A stretch of 37,663 bases of DNA from a bacterium (GTDB taxonomy: Bacteria > SZUA-182 > DTGQ01 > JAFGSM01): contig JBLIRO010000048.1 of the NCBI GenBank assembly GCA_049472335.1, positions 1 to 37,663 of the forward strand, in the 5' to 3' direction. Below are positions 16,440 to 25,961 of this stretch, one piece after another; the stretch's first letter is position 1, and each line of letters begins with the position of its first letter. The notes below the pieces were generated by a model. It was given only the letters and a program-made list of their open reading frames with translations. It made no database searches and was not told where the DNA came from. The position numbers were made by a program, and so were the translations under genes.

Positions 16440-18548
16440 TCATCTTAACAGATACCATATAAGAAAGGGATAGACAGTCATTAAAGCTGAATGTCCCAGC
16501 CAGAAAGACAAGCCGGGGCGTATTTCGAATCTGAATTTATCCTTGGCAATTCGATTTATGGTATAAAAAGAAAAGAAAGTACCGATCGCCAAAAAGAGTA
16601 TCTGCACGAGCTGGAGTATCGAGCCGATACCGGCAAGGGCTTTACCCTGAAAAAAGACTACTTTATCTAGGTCTCTTAGCCAGGGTATGTATTGAAGCTG
16701 ATAGGCGATATGGGCGCATAGAGTTAAAGGGACATATGCATAGGCAGCCTTCCAGAAGGCCTTATATGTGGCGCCTTTTAATCTATAAAAGGAAATGAAG
16801 GAGATGGACCAAATAATAGCGATCATTATCAGGGGAGTGGCCAAATAGGCTATGGTGGTCAATAAAAAAGAATTAAAAGGTTTTATCACAGGAAATAATA
16901 TAGCCATAATTACACAAACAAAAAAAGCCATTCCTGGCCTGACTTGATTTGAGGCCCATATTTCCCTTCCGGGCGGTCTAAGATTTAGTGATACGGATTG
17001 ATGAGGACACAATCTGATACATTTCAGGCAAAGCTTGCAGGTCTGATTATTATCCACATACATCAGGTGTTGAAACATGGGACAACCCTGTTTATCCTTT
17101 GTGCCATGGTAGCATTCATCCGTTTTACACTCCTTGAGACAAATATCAGGATCTGCCCTGACTTCCACTATTGAAGCCATGGCGAATAATCCAATCAAAT
17201 TGCCCATGGGACATACATATCGGCACCAGGTGTCACGAGGGAAAAAAACACTGAATATAAGCTCCAGGCAGAGGATAGAGGCAAGAAGCATACCTGTATA
17301 AACGGGTTTGTAACGCATATTTGATGCTTCTTCCACCCAGACAATAAATAAAAAAAACAGAGCGGCAAGAATATAATCGTTGTTCTTTAAAAACTTAGGA
17401 AAACTGATATTCAAATTCAGCCTTTTCTGGAGGCTGTTCCCCAGTGTGGCATACGCACAGAAAGAACACCATGTTCTCCCTATCCAAAAGGCCGCTGCAC
17501 AGAGCCAGGGCCACCAGATCCACCAGACCAGTATAGTACCCCAATTTTTTTCCGGATCTTGAGGGCCTAAAAAACAGGAAGTAATGATAAAAAAGAAGAA
17601 CGCAACCGCGATCCATCGGAACAATCCAGGATAAATGCCTTTTCGGACCATGGCTGCGAATGTTTTTATTTTAAGAAGATTGAACAATACATGAGGATGA
17701 TCTGCAGGGGCACCGAGAAAAAGTTGTTCTGAATGGATCGTATCTGTATTTGACAATACAATCCCCCTTTCGATGATCTCATCCAACTCCTGTATATTGG
17801 CCCTCCGGTAATCATAATTTAGTAGCTGTTCCCTGGACCTCGGGCTAAGCTTATTTACATTCTTCTTGTACCGCCTGGAGTGTTTGTCCATGAAATACCC
17901 GGTCAGTTCCGGAATATCCCATTTTCTCTCCCTTAAAGGAGGCATACAAACGACCCGCGTGGAGATCATTTCAAGAAGTTGTGGTGAAAACTTACCCTCT
18001 TTTACTTTTTGCTCAAGGTTTATATGAGAAGTAAAGATAATCTTAATCTGAGCCAGGTCCCGGCAAATATTGAAAGAAGATGAGCAACCTTCTTTGTCTG
18101 GTCCTATATCGTTGTTGAATAGGAAATTTATAAATCCTTCCTGCAGGGCAAGGGGAAGCGCATCAATATTCTTTAATAAAAGAGTGCCTCCGTTGGCCAG
18201 TTCCACAAACCCAAATCTCGTCCGGGGAATCATAGTCCTGGAAAGACCTTCCTCCCCTCCTTTATTTAAAACAGCTTCATTCACATAGAATTTTTCTTTC
18301 CAGTCCTTTACAGAAATCTCGGAAGCATCAACAATTATGAAAGGCCTGTTTCTTGTGGGTCCTTTAGCATGAATAATCCCCGCAAGCAATTCCTTTCCGA
18401 CTCCCAATTCACCTATTATAAGTATTGGATTCGGATCTGCAGCCAGTTCACGGATTTTTTCCCAGAGGATTCTCATAGCTCTTGTATTGCCAACCAGAAA
18501 AGGGAAATCCTCTTCACCTTTTTTCATTTTTAAAAGCATCTCCATCAT
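16440..18548 (-). CDS. degenerate sigma54-interaction (AAA+) domain fused to a NapH/MauN-like 4Fe-4S polytopic membrane domain
   Basis: Walker A-like ILIIGELGVGKE, ELANGGTL, PPLRERKWDI; then TM helices with GRTWCSFC, WCRYVCPMG and CKLCLKCIRLCP. Confidence 0.88.
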   Translation of the reverse strand: MMEMLLKMKKGEEDFPFLVGNTRAMRILWEKIRELAADPNPILIIGELGVGKELLAGIIHAKGPTRNRPFIIVDASEISVKDWKEKFYVNEAVLNKGGEEGLSRTMIPRTRFGFVELANGGTLLLKNIDALPLALQEGFINFLFNNDIGPDKEGCSSSFNICRDLAQIKIIFTSHINLEQKVKEGKFSPQLLEMISTRVVCMPPLRERKWDIPELTGYFMDKHSRRYKKNVNKLSPRSREQLLNYDYRRANIQELDEIIERGIVLSNTDTIHSEQLFLGAPADHPHVLFNLLKIKTFAAMVRKGIYPGLFRWIAVAFFFFIITSCFLGPQDPEKNWGTILVWWIWWPWLCAAAFWIGRTWCSFCAYATLGNSLQKRLNLNISFPKFLKNNDYILAALFFLFIVWVEEASNMRYKPVYTGMLLASILCLELIFSVFFPRDTWCRYVCPMGNLIGLFAMASIVEVRADPDICLKECKTDECYHGTKDKQGCPMFQHLMYVDNNQTCKLCLKCIRLCPHQSVSLNLRPPGREIWASNQVRPGMAFFVCVIMAILFPVIKPFNSFLLTTIAYLATPLIMIAIIWSISFISFYRLKGATYKAFWKAAYAYVPLTLCAHIAYQLQYIPWLRDLDKVVFFQGKALAGIGSILQLVQILFLAIGTFFSFYTINRIAKDKFRFEIRPGLSFWLGHSALMTVYPFLIWYLLR

Positions 18549-18856
18549 TTAATATTTAAAAAATTTATTATATTCTTATGACACTCCGAAAAAAAAATGC
18601 AAATTGCAAATTGCAGAATGAATAATTTTAAAAGGCCCCCGATCACCCACAACTCTTATTATAAGCCCATATTGGGGGAAAGGCAAAATTTAAATGGCAA
18701 ATATAAATTCTATTTTGCATTTTCAAATAAGCATTTTGTATTTTTTATAAGGCCTTGATCATTGACAACAGCATATGATATGGATTAAAATTTGTAATCT
18801 GAACTGGTAAATTAAGTGTTTTAAATGTGTTAATCGCGTTAATGGGAGTTGACTTT

Positions 18857-19759
18857 ATGACAAGACATGTTCTAAGATCTGTTATAATAGTAATCTTTTC
18901 ACTATGTTTCCTTTGCATTACATATAAATGCACATGGGCTGAGCCAAAAATAAAATTTGAACAAACCAATTTCGACTTCGGAAAGGTTATCCAGGGCAAG
19001 TCAGTAACCCACATATTCAAATTTGAAAATATAGGAGACAGCCCTCTGAAAATAGATAAAGTACGGGCCGGGTGAGGCTGCACGGCAGTCAATCTCTCGG
19101 CGAGAGATATAGAAGCAAAAAAATCCGGAGAGATCAAAGCTACTCTTCATACAAGCGGTAGATCGGGTAAACAAAAAAAGGTTATTACTGTTGAGACAAA
19201 CGATCCCAATCAGGCAGTAGTAAAATTGACGCTTTTAGCTACAGTGGAAGTTGAGATATCATTTGATCCTACAACTGTATATTTCAGAGATATGAATTTG
19301 GGAGAGGAAAGAAATCAGAGGGTTCATCTAAAAAACACATCCGGCAATCTCTTGCTTATCTCATCCATAGATCCGGGTGATCCTATGATACTGGTTGAAC
19401 TTATAAATCGTACTCCCGATTGGCCCCTTGAGCTAAAACAAGATGAAACATTAGATCTTCTGGTCAGCTTTAAATATCAAGAGGACAAACCCAGAGTCAC
19501 AAGTCAGATAATAGTAAACTATAAAGGGGGGGAAGGGAATGTGGCTAATTTAAGATTTTATGCTGCACTAAAAACTAAACCCGTAAAGCCTCAAGAGCGG
19601 CCAAAACCACTTCCCGAAGAACTGAACCAGCACGAAGATGCCAAACCAGAGTCTGTAAAAACCTCACCATCAAAAGAGGATTTTCCAATGCCGCCGCCCC
19701 CTCCCGATATGCCACTGGAAGAAGAGATAATCAAACGACAGGAGATAGCTCCTGAGTAA
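18857..19759 (+). CDS. secreted DUF1573-domain protein, probable selenoprotein (in-frame TGA 19073-19075)
   Basis: Track ORFs 18827-19075 and 19226-19759 share a frame and are joined by 50 open codons: FDFGKV...HIFKFENIGDSPLKIDKVRAG*GCTAVNLSARDIEAKKSGEIKATLHTSGRSGKQKKVITVETNDP. SD GGGAG before ATG 18857; signal peptide. Confidence 0.85.
19076..19108 (+). promoter_or_regulatory. candidate bacterial SECIS element
   Basis: Perfect stem ATCTCTC-GGC-GAGAGAT (19092-19108) with a G-initiated apical loop 23 nt after the TGA. A second small hairpin GGCTGC-ACG-GCAGTC directly follows the TGA. Confidence 0.65.
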
Positions 19760-19965
19760 ATGAAACCTCTTCTTAAAAAGTAAACAATAATGGGAAGGCG
19801 CAATAAAAAAATTTATGGATTTTATCTTATGCAGGGCTGATACCGCTAGCAAGGCACTCAGAAGGAAGTCATTACATATATAATTTGCTTCGGACCAATG
19901 CCCTCGCAGTTATAAACACCTTTAACCTTGACTCCATTATTAAAGGCAGAAAGGAGGCAATGTCA

Positions 19966-21450
19966 ATGGGAGGAGAAAAATTAAAGATCCTGTTTGTTTC
20001 GTCAGAAGTAGCCCCTCTTTCCAAAACAGGCGGATTGGCTGACGTTTCAGGATCTCTCCCCAAGGCCATAAAATCTCTAGGGCATGATGTGAGGGTAGTA
20101 ACACCATTTTATAGAATGGTTAAAAAATCGGTAAAGACAACCAAAAAAGTCGTAAATCGACTTAATGTTCCCGTGTCGAACTCTGAGGTGCGATGTTCAG
20201 TTGAGATGGCCCAATTAGACGGATCCGTCCCTGTGTATCTTATAAAAAAAGAGTCTTACTTCGGTCGGGATGAGCTTTATACAACCAATCAGGGGGACTA
20301 TAAAGATAATGCAGAACGATTTGTCTTCTTTTCAAGGGCAGTCCTGGAGCTGCTAAAATATCTGGATTTCAAGCCGGATATCATCCATTGCAATGATTGG
20401 CAGACAGGGTTGATACCAACTTATTTAAAAACCCAATATCGCGATCAAGATGGCTATCAGGATATATCAACCATCTTTACCATCCATAATTTGGGATATC
20501 AGGGTATTTTCTGGGCGTTGGACATGCACCTGACAAATCTGCCATGGGATGTCTTTACTATGGACGGAATTGAATACTACGGAAATATAAGCTTTCTTAA
20601 GGCGGGTTTGGTCTATGCCAACACACTGACAACAGTAAGCAAGGGATACAGCAAGGAGATCCAGACCCCGGAATATGGCCTTGGCATGGATGGAATATTG
20701 CGAAAAAGGAAAGATGACCTTTTTGGTATAATCAACGGAGCTGACTATGATCATTGGAGTCCGGAGAAGGATCCTTATATAGTCGCGCCATATGACAAGA
20801 CCAATTTAGAGAATAAGACCAAGTGCAAACTTGACCTTTTACAGGAATTCGGATTGAAGGGTAAGGCAACGACACCTATCATTGGTATGATCTCCCGTCT
20901 GGCAGACCAGAAAGGGTTTGATATTCTGGCGGAAGCAATAAATGATCTGATGAAAATGGACGTTATTTTTATATTGCTTGGTACAGGGGATCAGAAATAT
21001 CATGAAATGTTCACACACATAGGAGACAAATATCCCAAGAAGACCGGGATAAGGATAGCCTTTGATAACTCATTGGCACATAAGATAGAGGCAGGCAGCG
21101 ATATGTATCTCATGCCTTCCAAATATGAACCCTGTGGATTAAACCAGATTTATAGCCTGCGCTATGGAACTATCCCAATCGTAAGGGCCACAGGGGGATT
21201 GGATGACACAATAATAGATATCCATGCCGATCCAAGAAAGGGGAATGGATTCAAATTCTCTGAGTACAATAGCAAAGCCCTCTTAAGTTCCATAAAAAGG
21301 GCCCTCGAATATTATTCTCATAAGGAAGCATGGGCTCAATTAACCTGGAGGGCCATGTCTATAGAGTACTCATGGGAAAAATCAGCAAGGGAATATCTTA
21401 AGATCTATCAGCAGACCATGAAGAAAAATATGGTCCCGGTAGCTGCGTAG
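19966..21450 (+). CDS. glgA: glycogen synthase
   Basis: SEVAPLSKTGGLADV (KxGG), IHCNDWQTG, FTIHNLGYQG, ISRLADQKG, MPSKYEPCGLNQ, VRATGGLDDT. SD AAGGAGG before ATG 19960/19966. Confidence 0.96.
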   Translation: MGGEKLKILFVSSEVAPLSKTGGLADVSGSLPKAIKSLGHDVRVVTPFYRMVKKSVKTTKKVVNRLNVPVSNSEVRCSVEMAQLDGSVPVYLIKKESYFGRDELYTTNQGDYKDNAERFVFFSRAVLELLKYLDFKPDIIHCNDWQTGLIPTYLKTQYRDQDGYQDISTIFTIHNLGYQGIFWALDMHLTNLPWDVFTMDGIEYYGNISFLKAGLVYANTLTTVSKGYSKEIQTPEYGLGMDGILRKRKDDLFGIINGADYDHWSPEKDPYIVAPYDKTNLENKTKCKLDLLQEFGLKGKATTPIIGMISRLADQKGFDILAEAINDLMKMDVIFILLGTGDQKYHEMFTHIGDKYPKKTGIRIAFDNSLAHKIEAGSDMYLMPSKYEPCGLNQIYSLRYGTIPIVRATGGLDDTIIDIHADPRKGNGFKFSEYNSKALLSSIKRALEYYSHKEAWAQLTWRAMSIEYSWEKSAREYLKIYQQTMKKNMVPVAA

Positions 21451-21532
21451 AATAATGATTTTCCCTATTTTTACTGGAAACCATCTGCGATGATTTAGTT
21501 AGCTTTGTTATATTTATTCCACAGAACATCTT

Positions 21533-21570
21533 TAAGGGGCCAAGGATTAAAATCCTCGGCCCCTTATTTT
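21533..21570. terminator. intrinsic terminator between convergent glgA and the histidine kinase gene, probably bidirectional
   Basis: TAAGGGGCCAAGGAT-TAAA-ATCCTCGGCCCCTTA hairpin with one mismatch, followed by TTTT. Confidence 0.75.
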
Positions 21571-21627
21571 GCTCTACATGGTACTTTGGAAGATTTGGGT
21601 CGGGATAATCCGTAAAATACGATCTTA

Positions 21628-22764
21628 TCAATTCTGTTTTAAAGCGACAAAGGCTTGTGCTATAGGGATAGTAAAATGAAAAGCGGTTCCTTTGCCAACT
21701 TCCGAATCATACCAGAAATTACCCTCGTGATGATTTTCTATGATTTCTTTACAGGACAATAATCCCAGCCCATTGCCGTCTTTTTTCGTGGTGAAGGGGG
21801 ATTTAAACAGAAAAGGCTTGATTCCTTCCGGGATCCCGCATCCCTTATCTATTATGCTAACCAGAATATTATCCTCGTTTTTTTTGACCTTGACCTCAAT
21901 GGAGCCGTTATCTTCTGTTACATAACCGGCATTGATAATCAAATTTTGAAGGACTCTTTTTATATCAAGATAGTTAAAATAACCGGGAGGGATATTATTT
22001 ACAGTTTTTACCCTTATATGTTTTCCCTTTAGATTTTTATGACAGCTCAATTCTTGAACTGTCTCATTGATTAAAGGAATAATCCCTGCTTTGGATCTTT
22101 TATAGTCGATCTTACTCTTTTTGGCCTGGCAAAGGCTCTGATTGATAAGTGTTTTAAGACCGTCTTTGCTCCCATTAAACAGTTTAAAAGCCTTTTTTAC
22201 CTTTTCCAGTTTTTTATTTGTCCAGGGTTCATCCTGCGTGTCTTCAAAATCCTCCATCAAATTTTCCAGATATACCATTCCCAGATCCAGAAGGGAAAGA
22301 AAATTATTCATATCATGAATGAAGATATTCAGCTTTTGCATATCATTTGACATGAGGTCCAGATCATCCCTTATCCTGCCTGATAAGGTCCTGACCATGG
22401 CAATCAAAGCCTGAGATTCAGAAGCGAGATATTTCTTGAAATGGTATTCATTGATCTCCATGAGGAGGACATCGTTCAATGCCTTGACCGTAGCTGAACG
22501 TGGTTTTGATTCTATCAGAGACATCTCACCTAAAAATTTGCCTGGACATAATTCGGCTATCTTTTTTATCCCTTTATAAACAACCATCTCCCCAGAAAGT
22601 ATGAGATACATTCTATTATCCAATGTACCTTCTTGACACAGGATTTCATCTGGCTCAAGAACAATTTCTGTACAATTTTTGCACAATTCCCTTAAGGTTG
22701 CGTCTTCAAAAAAATTAAAAAGATCCGTCTTTTTTAATAGTTCTATTTTCTTTTGAATATCCAT
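21628..22764 (-). CDS. cytoplasmic histidine kinase with an N-terminal cyclic-nucleotide-binding domain
   Basis: cNMP domain MYLILSGEM...GKFLGEMSLIESKPRSATV; H-box FIHDMNN; N-box QNLIINA; G1 DKGCGIP; G2 GNGLGL. Start probably ATG 22764 (track ORF extends to TTG 22830). Confidence 0.9.
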   Translation of the reverse strand: MDIQKKIELLKKTDLFNFFEDATLRELCKNCTEIVLEPDEILCQEGTLDNRMYLILSGEMVVYKGIKKIAELCPGKFLGEMSLIESKPRSATVKALNDVLLMEINEYHFKKYLASESQALIAMVRTLSGRIRDDLDLMSNDMQKLNIFIHDMNNFLSLLDLGMVYLENLMEDFEDTQDEPWTNKKLEKVKKAFKLFNGSKDGLKTLINQSLCQAKKSKIDYKRSKAGIIPLINETVQELSCHKNLKGKHIRVKTVNNIPPGYFNYLDIKRVLQNLIINAGYVTEDNGSIEVKVKKNEDNILVSIIDKGCGIPEGIKPFLFKSPFTTKKDGNGLGLLSCKEIIENHHEGNFWYDSEVGKGTAFHFTIPIAQAFVALKQN

Positions 22765-22866
22765 ATCAATAAATAATATTAAATTTGATCCTACTTTGTA
22801 TCCCCAAATTTGTTCGTTGAAATCTTTCAAATAAAATGCATACAGGATTAAAAAATTCTATTTTTT

Positions 22867-22884
22867 AAGCAATTAGTATGCCAG
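22867..22884 (-). promoter_or_regulatory. sigma54 (-24/-12) promoter upstream of the cNMP histidine kinase
   Basis: Minus strand CTGGCATACTAATTGCTT gives GG-N10-GC, matching TGGCA-N6-TTGCW. Confidence 0.7.
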
Positions 22885-22969
22885 ATCCGGGTTAAGGGTT
22901 GGATGTGAGTTTAAATCAGACAAGATAATAGAAATGTTTTTTAAGGTTAATATTTATGCAATCATTGAC

Positions 22970-23725
22970 TTAAACAGGTTTTTCTCCCCAATGTAATGCT
23001 ACTATCCCAAAGGTTAGAAGCTGGCAGCGTATTTTAACAAAGCCTGCGTCAAACATCATTGCCGCAAGCTTATCCTTGTCCGGAAAAGCCAGAACGGAAT
23101 CCCTCAGATGATTATATGCCATATACTTCCTTGAAAACAGGTTTCCCAAAAAGGTTAATATATGGCAAAAATAAATGTAATATACCCGGCGGAAAAGGGG
23201 AGAGGACGGGACGGAAAACTCCAGGACCACCAGCCTTCCGCCAGGTTTAAGAACTCTCAGGATTTCCTTCAAACCCGCCGTACGATTGGCCAGATTGCGA
23301 AGGCCAAAACCTATCATTACACCCTGATAATTATTGTCCTTCAGCGGAAGACACTCTCCATCACCTGTGAGGATTTTTATTCTGTTTAAGGGAGAGATGG
23401 CATTCCTTTTTGAGCTTAATTTCTTTCTCCCTCTAAGCAGCATTTCAGGACAAAAATCAACAGCGGTAATAGAACCGTTGATATCCCTCTGTTTTAGAAG
23501 GGAAAGGCTGAGCTCCAGAGTCCCCGCGCAAAGGTCCAGGTAAGGTCCCCTTTCAGGCATCCTGGAAACAGCCATCTTTCTCCAGAATTGAGCTGCACCA
23601 AAACTGAACACCTGATTCAGCAGATCATATTTGTCTGAAATAGAAGAAAAAAGCCTCTGTAACTCCTTTTTATCCTTCATTTTTTCATATCGGAGGATTT
23701 GCGGGTTTCTCCTTTCCAGAGACAC
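22970..23725 (-). CDS. ubiE: UbiE/MenG-family quinone C-methyltransferase
   Basis: FSSISDKYDLLNQVFSFG, LDLCAGT, GFGLRN, EILRVLKPGGRLVVLEFS, LTFGIVALH. Start is GTG 23725 or ATG 23680. Confidence 0.92.
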   Translation of the reverse strand: MSLERRNPQILRYEKMKDKKELQRLFSSISDKYDLLNQVFSFGAAQFWRKMAVSRMPERGPYLDLCAGTLELSLSLLKQRDINGSITAVDFCPEMLLRGRKKLSSKRNAISPLNRIKILTGDGECLPLKDNNYQGVMIGFGLRNLANRTAGLKEILRVLKPGGRLVVLEFSVPSSPLFRRVYYIYFCHILTFLGNLFSRKYMAYNHLRDSVLAFPDKDKLAAMMFDAGFVKIRCQLLTFGIVALHWGEKPV

Positions 23726-23734
23726 CCCTTTCCC

Positions 23735-24514
23735 TTATGATTCTGAGCTGTAAAGATCAAACGCTTCATCCGGAGTAAAATTTCGATGCACAATCGACCT
23801 GACTGCCTTTATCATAGCTACAGGTTTTTCAGACTGGAATATATTCCTGCCCATATCGACCCCAACGGCCCCCCTTTGAACTGCATTATAAGCCAAAGAG
23901 AGCGCGTCTTTTTCCTCTATCTTTTTGCCTCCGGCAATCACAACGGGAACAGGGCAATTCCGGACTACTTTTTCGAAATCATCACAATAATAAGTCTTTA
24001 CAAAACTGGCTCCCAATTCAGCAGCTATCCGGCAACAAAGTCCCAAATACCGGGCATCCCTTGCCATATCCTTTCCTACAGCCGTTACCGCCAGCACGGG
24101 AATCCCATATCCCTGACACTCATCTATTAAATCGGTAAGATTCATAAGTGTCTGATGTTCATATTTGGACCCCACAAAGATCGAAATAGCGACGGCAGAA
24201 ACATTCAACCTGATTGCGTCATCTATCGATACTGTCAAACTCTCATTGGAAAGATCGTCACCTATAATACTGTTCCCCCCGGACACCCTCAAGACAATGG
24301 GTGTGGAAATCTGAGGGTCTATGGAATTTCTCAATACGCCCCTTGTCAGCATAAGGGAATCCGCATAGGATACAAGAGGCATAATGGTCTTTCCGGGCTC
24401 CTCGAGTCCCGATGTCGGTCCTAAAAAATACCCGTGATCCACAGCCAGCATCACTGTGCGACCGGTATCCGGTTTAATGATTTGGCAAAGTCGATTTTTC
24501 ATACCCCAATCCAT
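23735..24514 (-). CDS. lsrF: LsrF-family class I aldolase/thiolase
   Basis: MDWGMKNRL...MLAVDHGYFLGPTSGLE, RIAAELGASFVKTYY, VIAGGKK, GVDMGRNIFQS. SD AAGGAGG. Confidence 0.9.
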   Translation of the reverse strand: MDWGMKNRLCQIIKPDTGRTVMLAVDHGYFLGPTSGLEEPGKTIMPLVSYADSLMLTRGVLRNSIDPQISTPIVLRVSGGNSIIGDDLSNESLTVSIDDAIRLNVSAVAISIFVGSKYEHQTLMNLTDLIDECQGYGIPVLAVTAVGKDMARDARYLGLCCRIAAELGASFVKTYYCDDFEKVVRNCPVPVVIAGGKKIEEKDALSLAYNAVQRGAVGVDMGRNIFQSEKPVAMIKAVRSIVHRNFTPDEAFDLYSSES

Positions 24515-24663
24515 AAAATATACCTCCTTTAAATACAGATAAATACAGAGTAAGATTTAAAAAAAATCTTTAAAATTTCTGACATTTTAGATAAAAATAT
24601 CTTTGACAGGATATAATAATATACCTGAATTTATAAATATTTTCAAAAGGTTTAACAAGACCG

Positions 24664-25695
24664 TTAATGGGGCTTAATGATCACCTTTAAAGACTCCCTC
24701 GCTTCTGAAACAATCCTGAAAGCCTCCCCTATCTCTTCCAGACTGAATTCATGGGTAATCATATCATTTACCCTTATCTTCTTAAGGTGAATCAGATCCA
24801 ATGCTTTTGCATAGTCTTCCTGGGCCCCCGCGTAAGAACTGGTCAGGGTGACTTCTGAACGCCAGAATATTTCATTAGGCCGCAGAGGTACTGAAACATC
24901 CTTGTCTGTTACGGCAAAAAAAAGTATCGTGCCGCCTCGGTCTATGGAGTGCAAGGCTTGGTCAACCGCGGATGAGGCACCGGTGCATAGAATAATGACA
25001 TCCGCGAGGCGGCCTTCATTGATGCTTCGCAAGGATACGGACAGATCCTCTTTTCCGCAGATAGTGAAGTCCGCGCTAAACCTTTTGGCCTGGTTAAGAC
25101 GAAATTCATTTATATCAGTTGCAATGATTCGGCCCGCACCCAATAACCGGGCAACCTGTATATGGAGAAGACCCGCGATACCGCTTCCCATGACAACGAA
25201 TGTTCTCCCAGCCTGGCTGTCGATGATCCTGTGAGCCCGCCAAACACACGCAAGGGGTTCAGCAAAAGTAGCTTCTTCAAATGTCACATCGTCAGGTATA
25301 ATGAAGGTGCCCCGCTCTACATTGATCCTGGGTATACGGACATACTCAGTGAAACCACCGGGATCATAATTGGTTGCAAGCAGGGTCTTACATACCGTAT
25401 GATGTCCGCTAACGCAGTAATGACAGCTCCCGCAGGGAACATGATGTGCAACGCACACCCGGTCGCCAAGATTGAATCTCTCAACCCCTTCACCAACCTC
25501 CTCCACCACTCCGGAAATTTCGTGTCCGAGCACCAGTGGCACCCGATCAATACGATACCATTCAAGCACATCACTTCCACAAATACCGCTTGCCATTACC
25601 TTAACCAATAACTCACCATGTCCTGCCTCGGGTCTTTCAATCTCTTCAATCCTGACATCTTTATTGCTATAATAAATCCCTACCTTCATCTTCAT
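24664..25695 (-). CDS. zinc-dependent medium-chain (sorbitol/iditol-type) dehydrogenase
   Basis: GICGSD, LGHEISG, CGSCHYC...C structural Zn site, EPLAC, GSGIAG nucleotide-binding motif. Confidence 0.93.
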   Translation of the reverse strand: MKMKVGIYYSNKDVRIEEIERPEAGHGELLVKVMASGICGSDVLEWYRIDRVPLVLGHEISGVVEEVGEGVERFNLGDRVCVAHHVPCGSCHYCVSGHHTVCKTLLATNYDPGGFTEYVRIPRINVERGTFIIPDDVTFEEATFAEPLACVWRAHRIIDSQAGRTFVVMGSGIAGLLHIQVARLLGAGRIIATDINEFRLNQAKRFSADFTICGKEDLSVSLRSINEGRLADVIILCTGASSAVDQALHSIDRGGTILFFAVTDKDVSVPLRPNEIFWRSEVTLTSSYAGAQEDYAKALDLIHLKKIRVNDMITHEFSLEEIGEAFRIVSEARESLKVIIKPH

Positions 25696-25961
25696 CAAAA
25701 ATCCCTTATCTCATTTAAAAGTTGAACAGTCTTATTTCAATTAATGTTTAGTATTTTATTACCATTTTTTCTATCGTTTCAAGTGCGAGGAAACACTGTT
25801 AAAATTTAAAAAATGAATTTATAATTAAAGGGACGTCATATTTTGGGATTTTAAATAGTAAGTCAACTTGATCAACAATGTGACTGAAGGACTTCTCAAT
25901 ATATTCTTAAATCAGACCATATCATATTAAAAGTAAATAAGGTTAGGAGAGCGAATATTTC

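Noticed and set aside
18745..19137. 130-aa minus-strand ORF spanning the DUF1573 TGA
   Set aside because: It is the antisense shadow of the DUF1573 frame, which has an SD, a signal peptide and family motifs.
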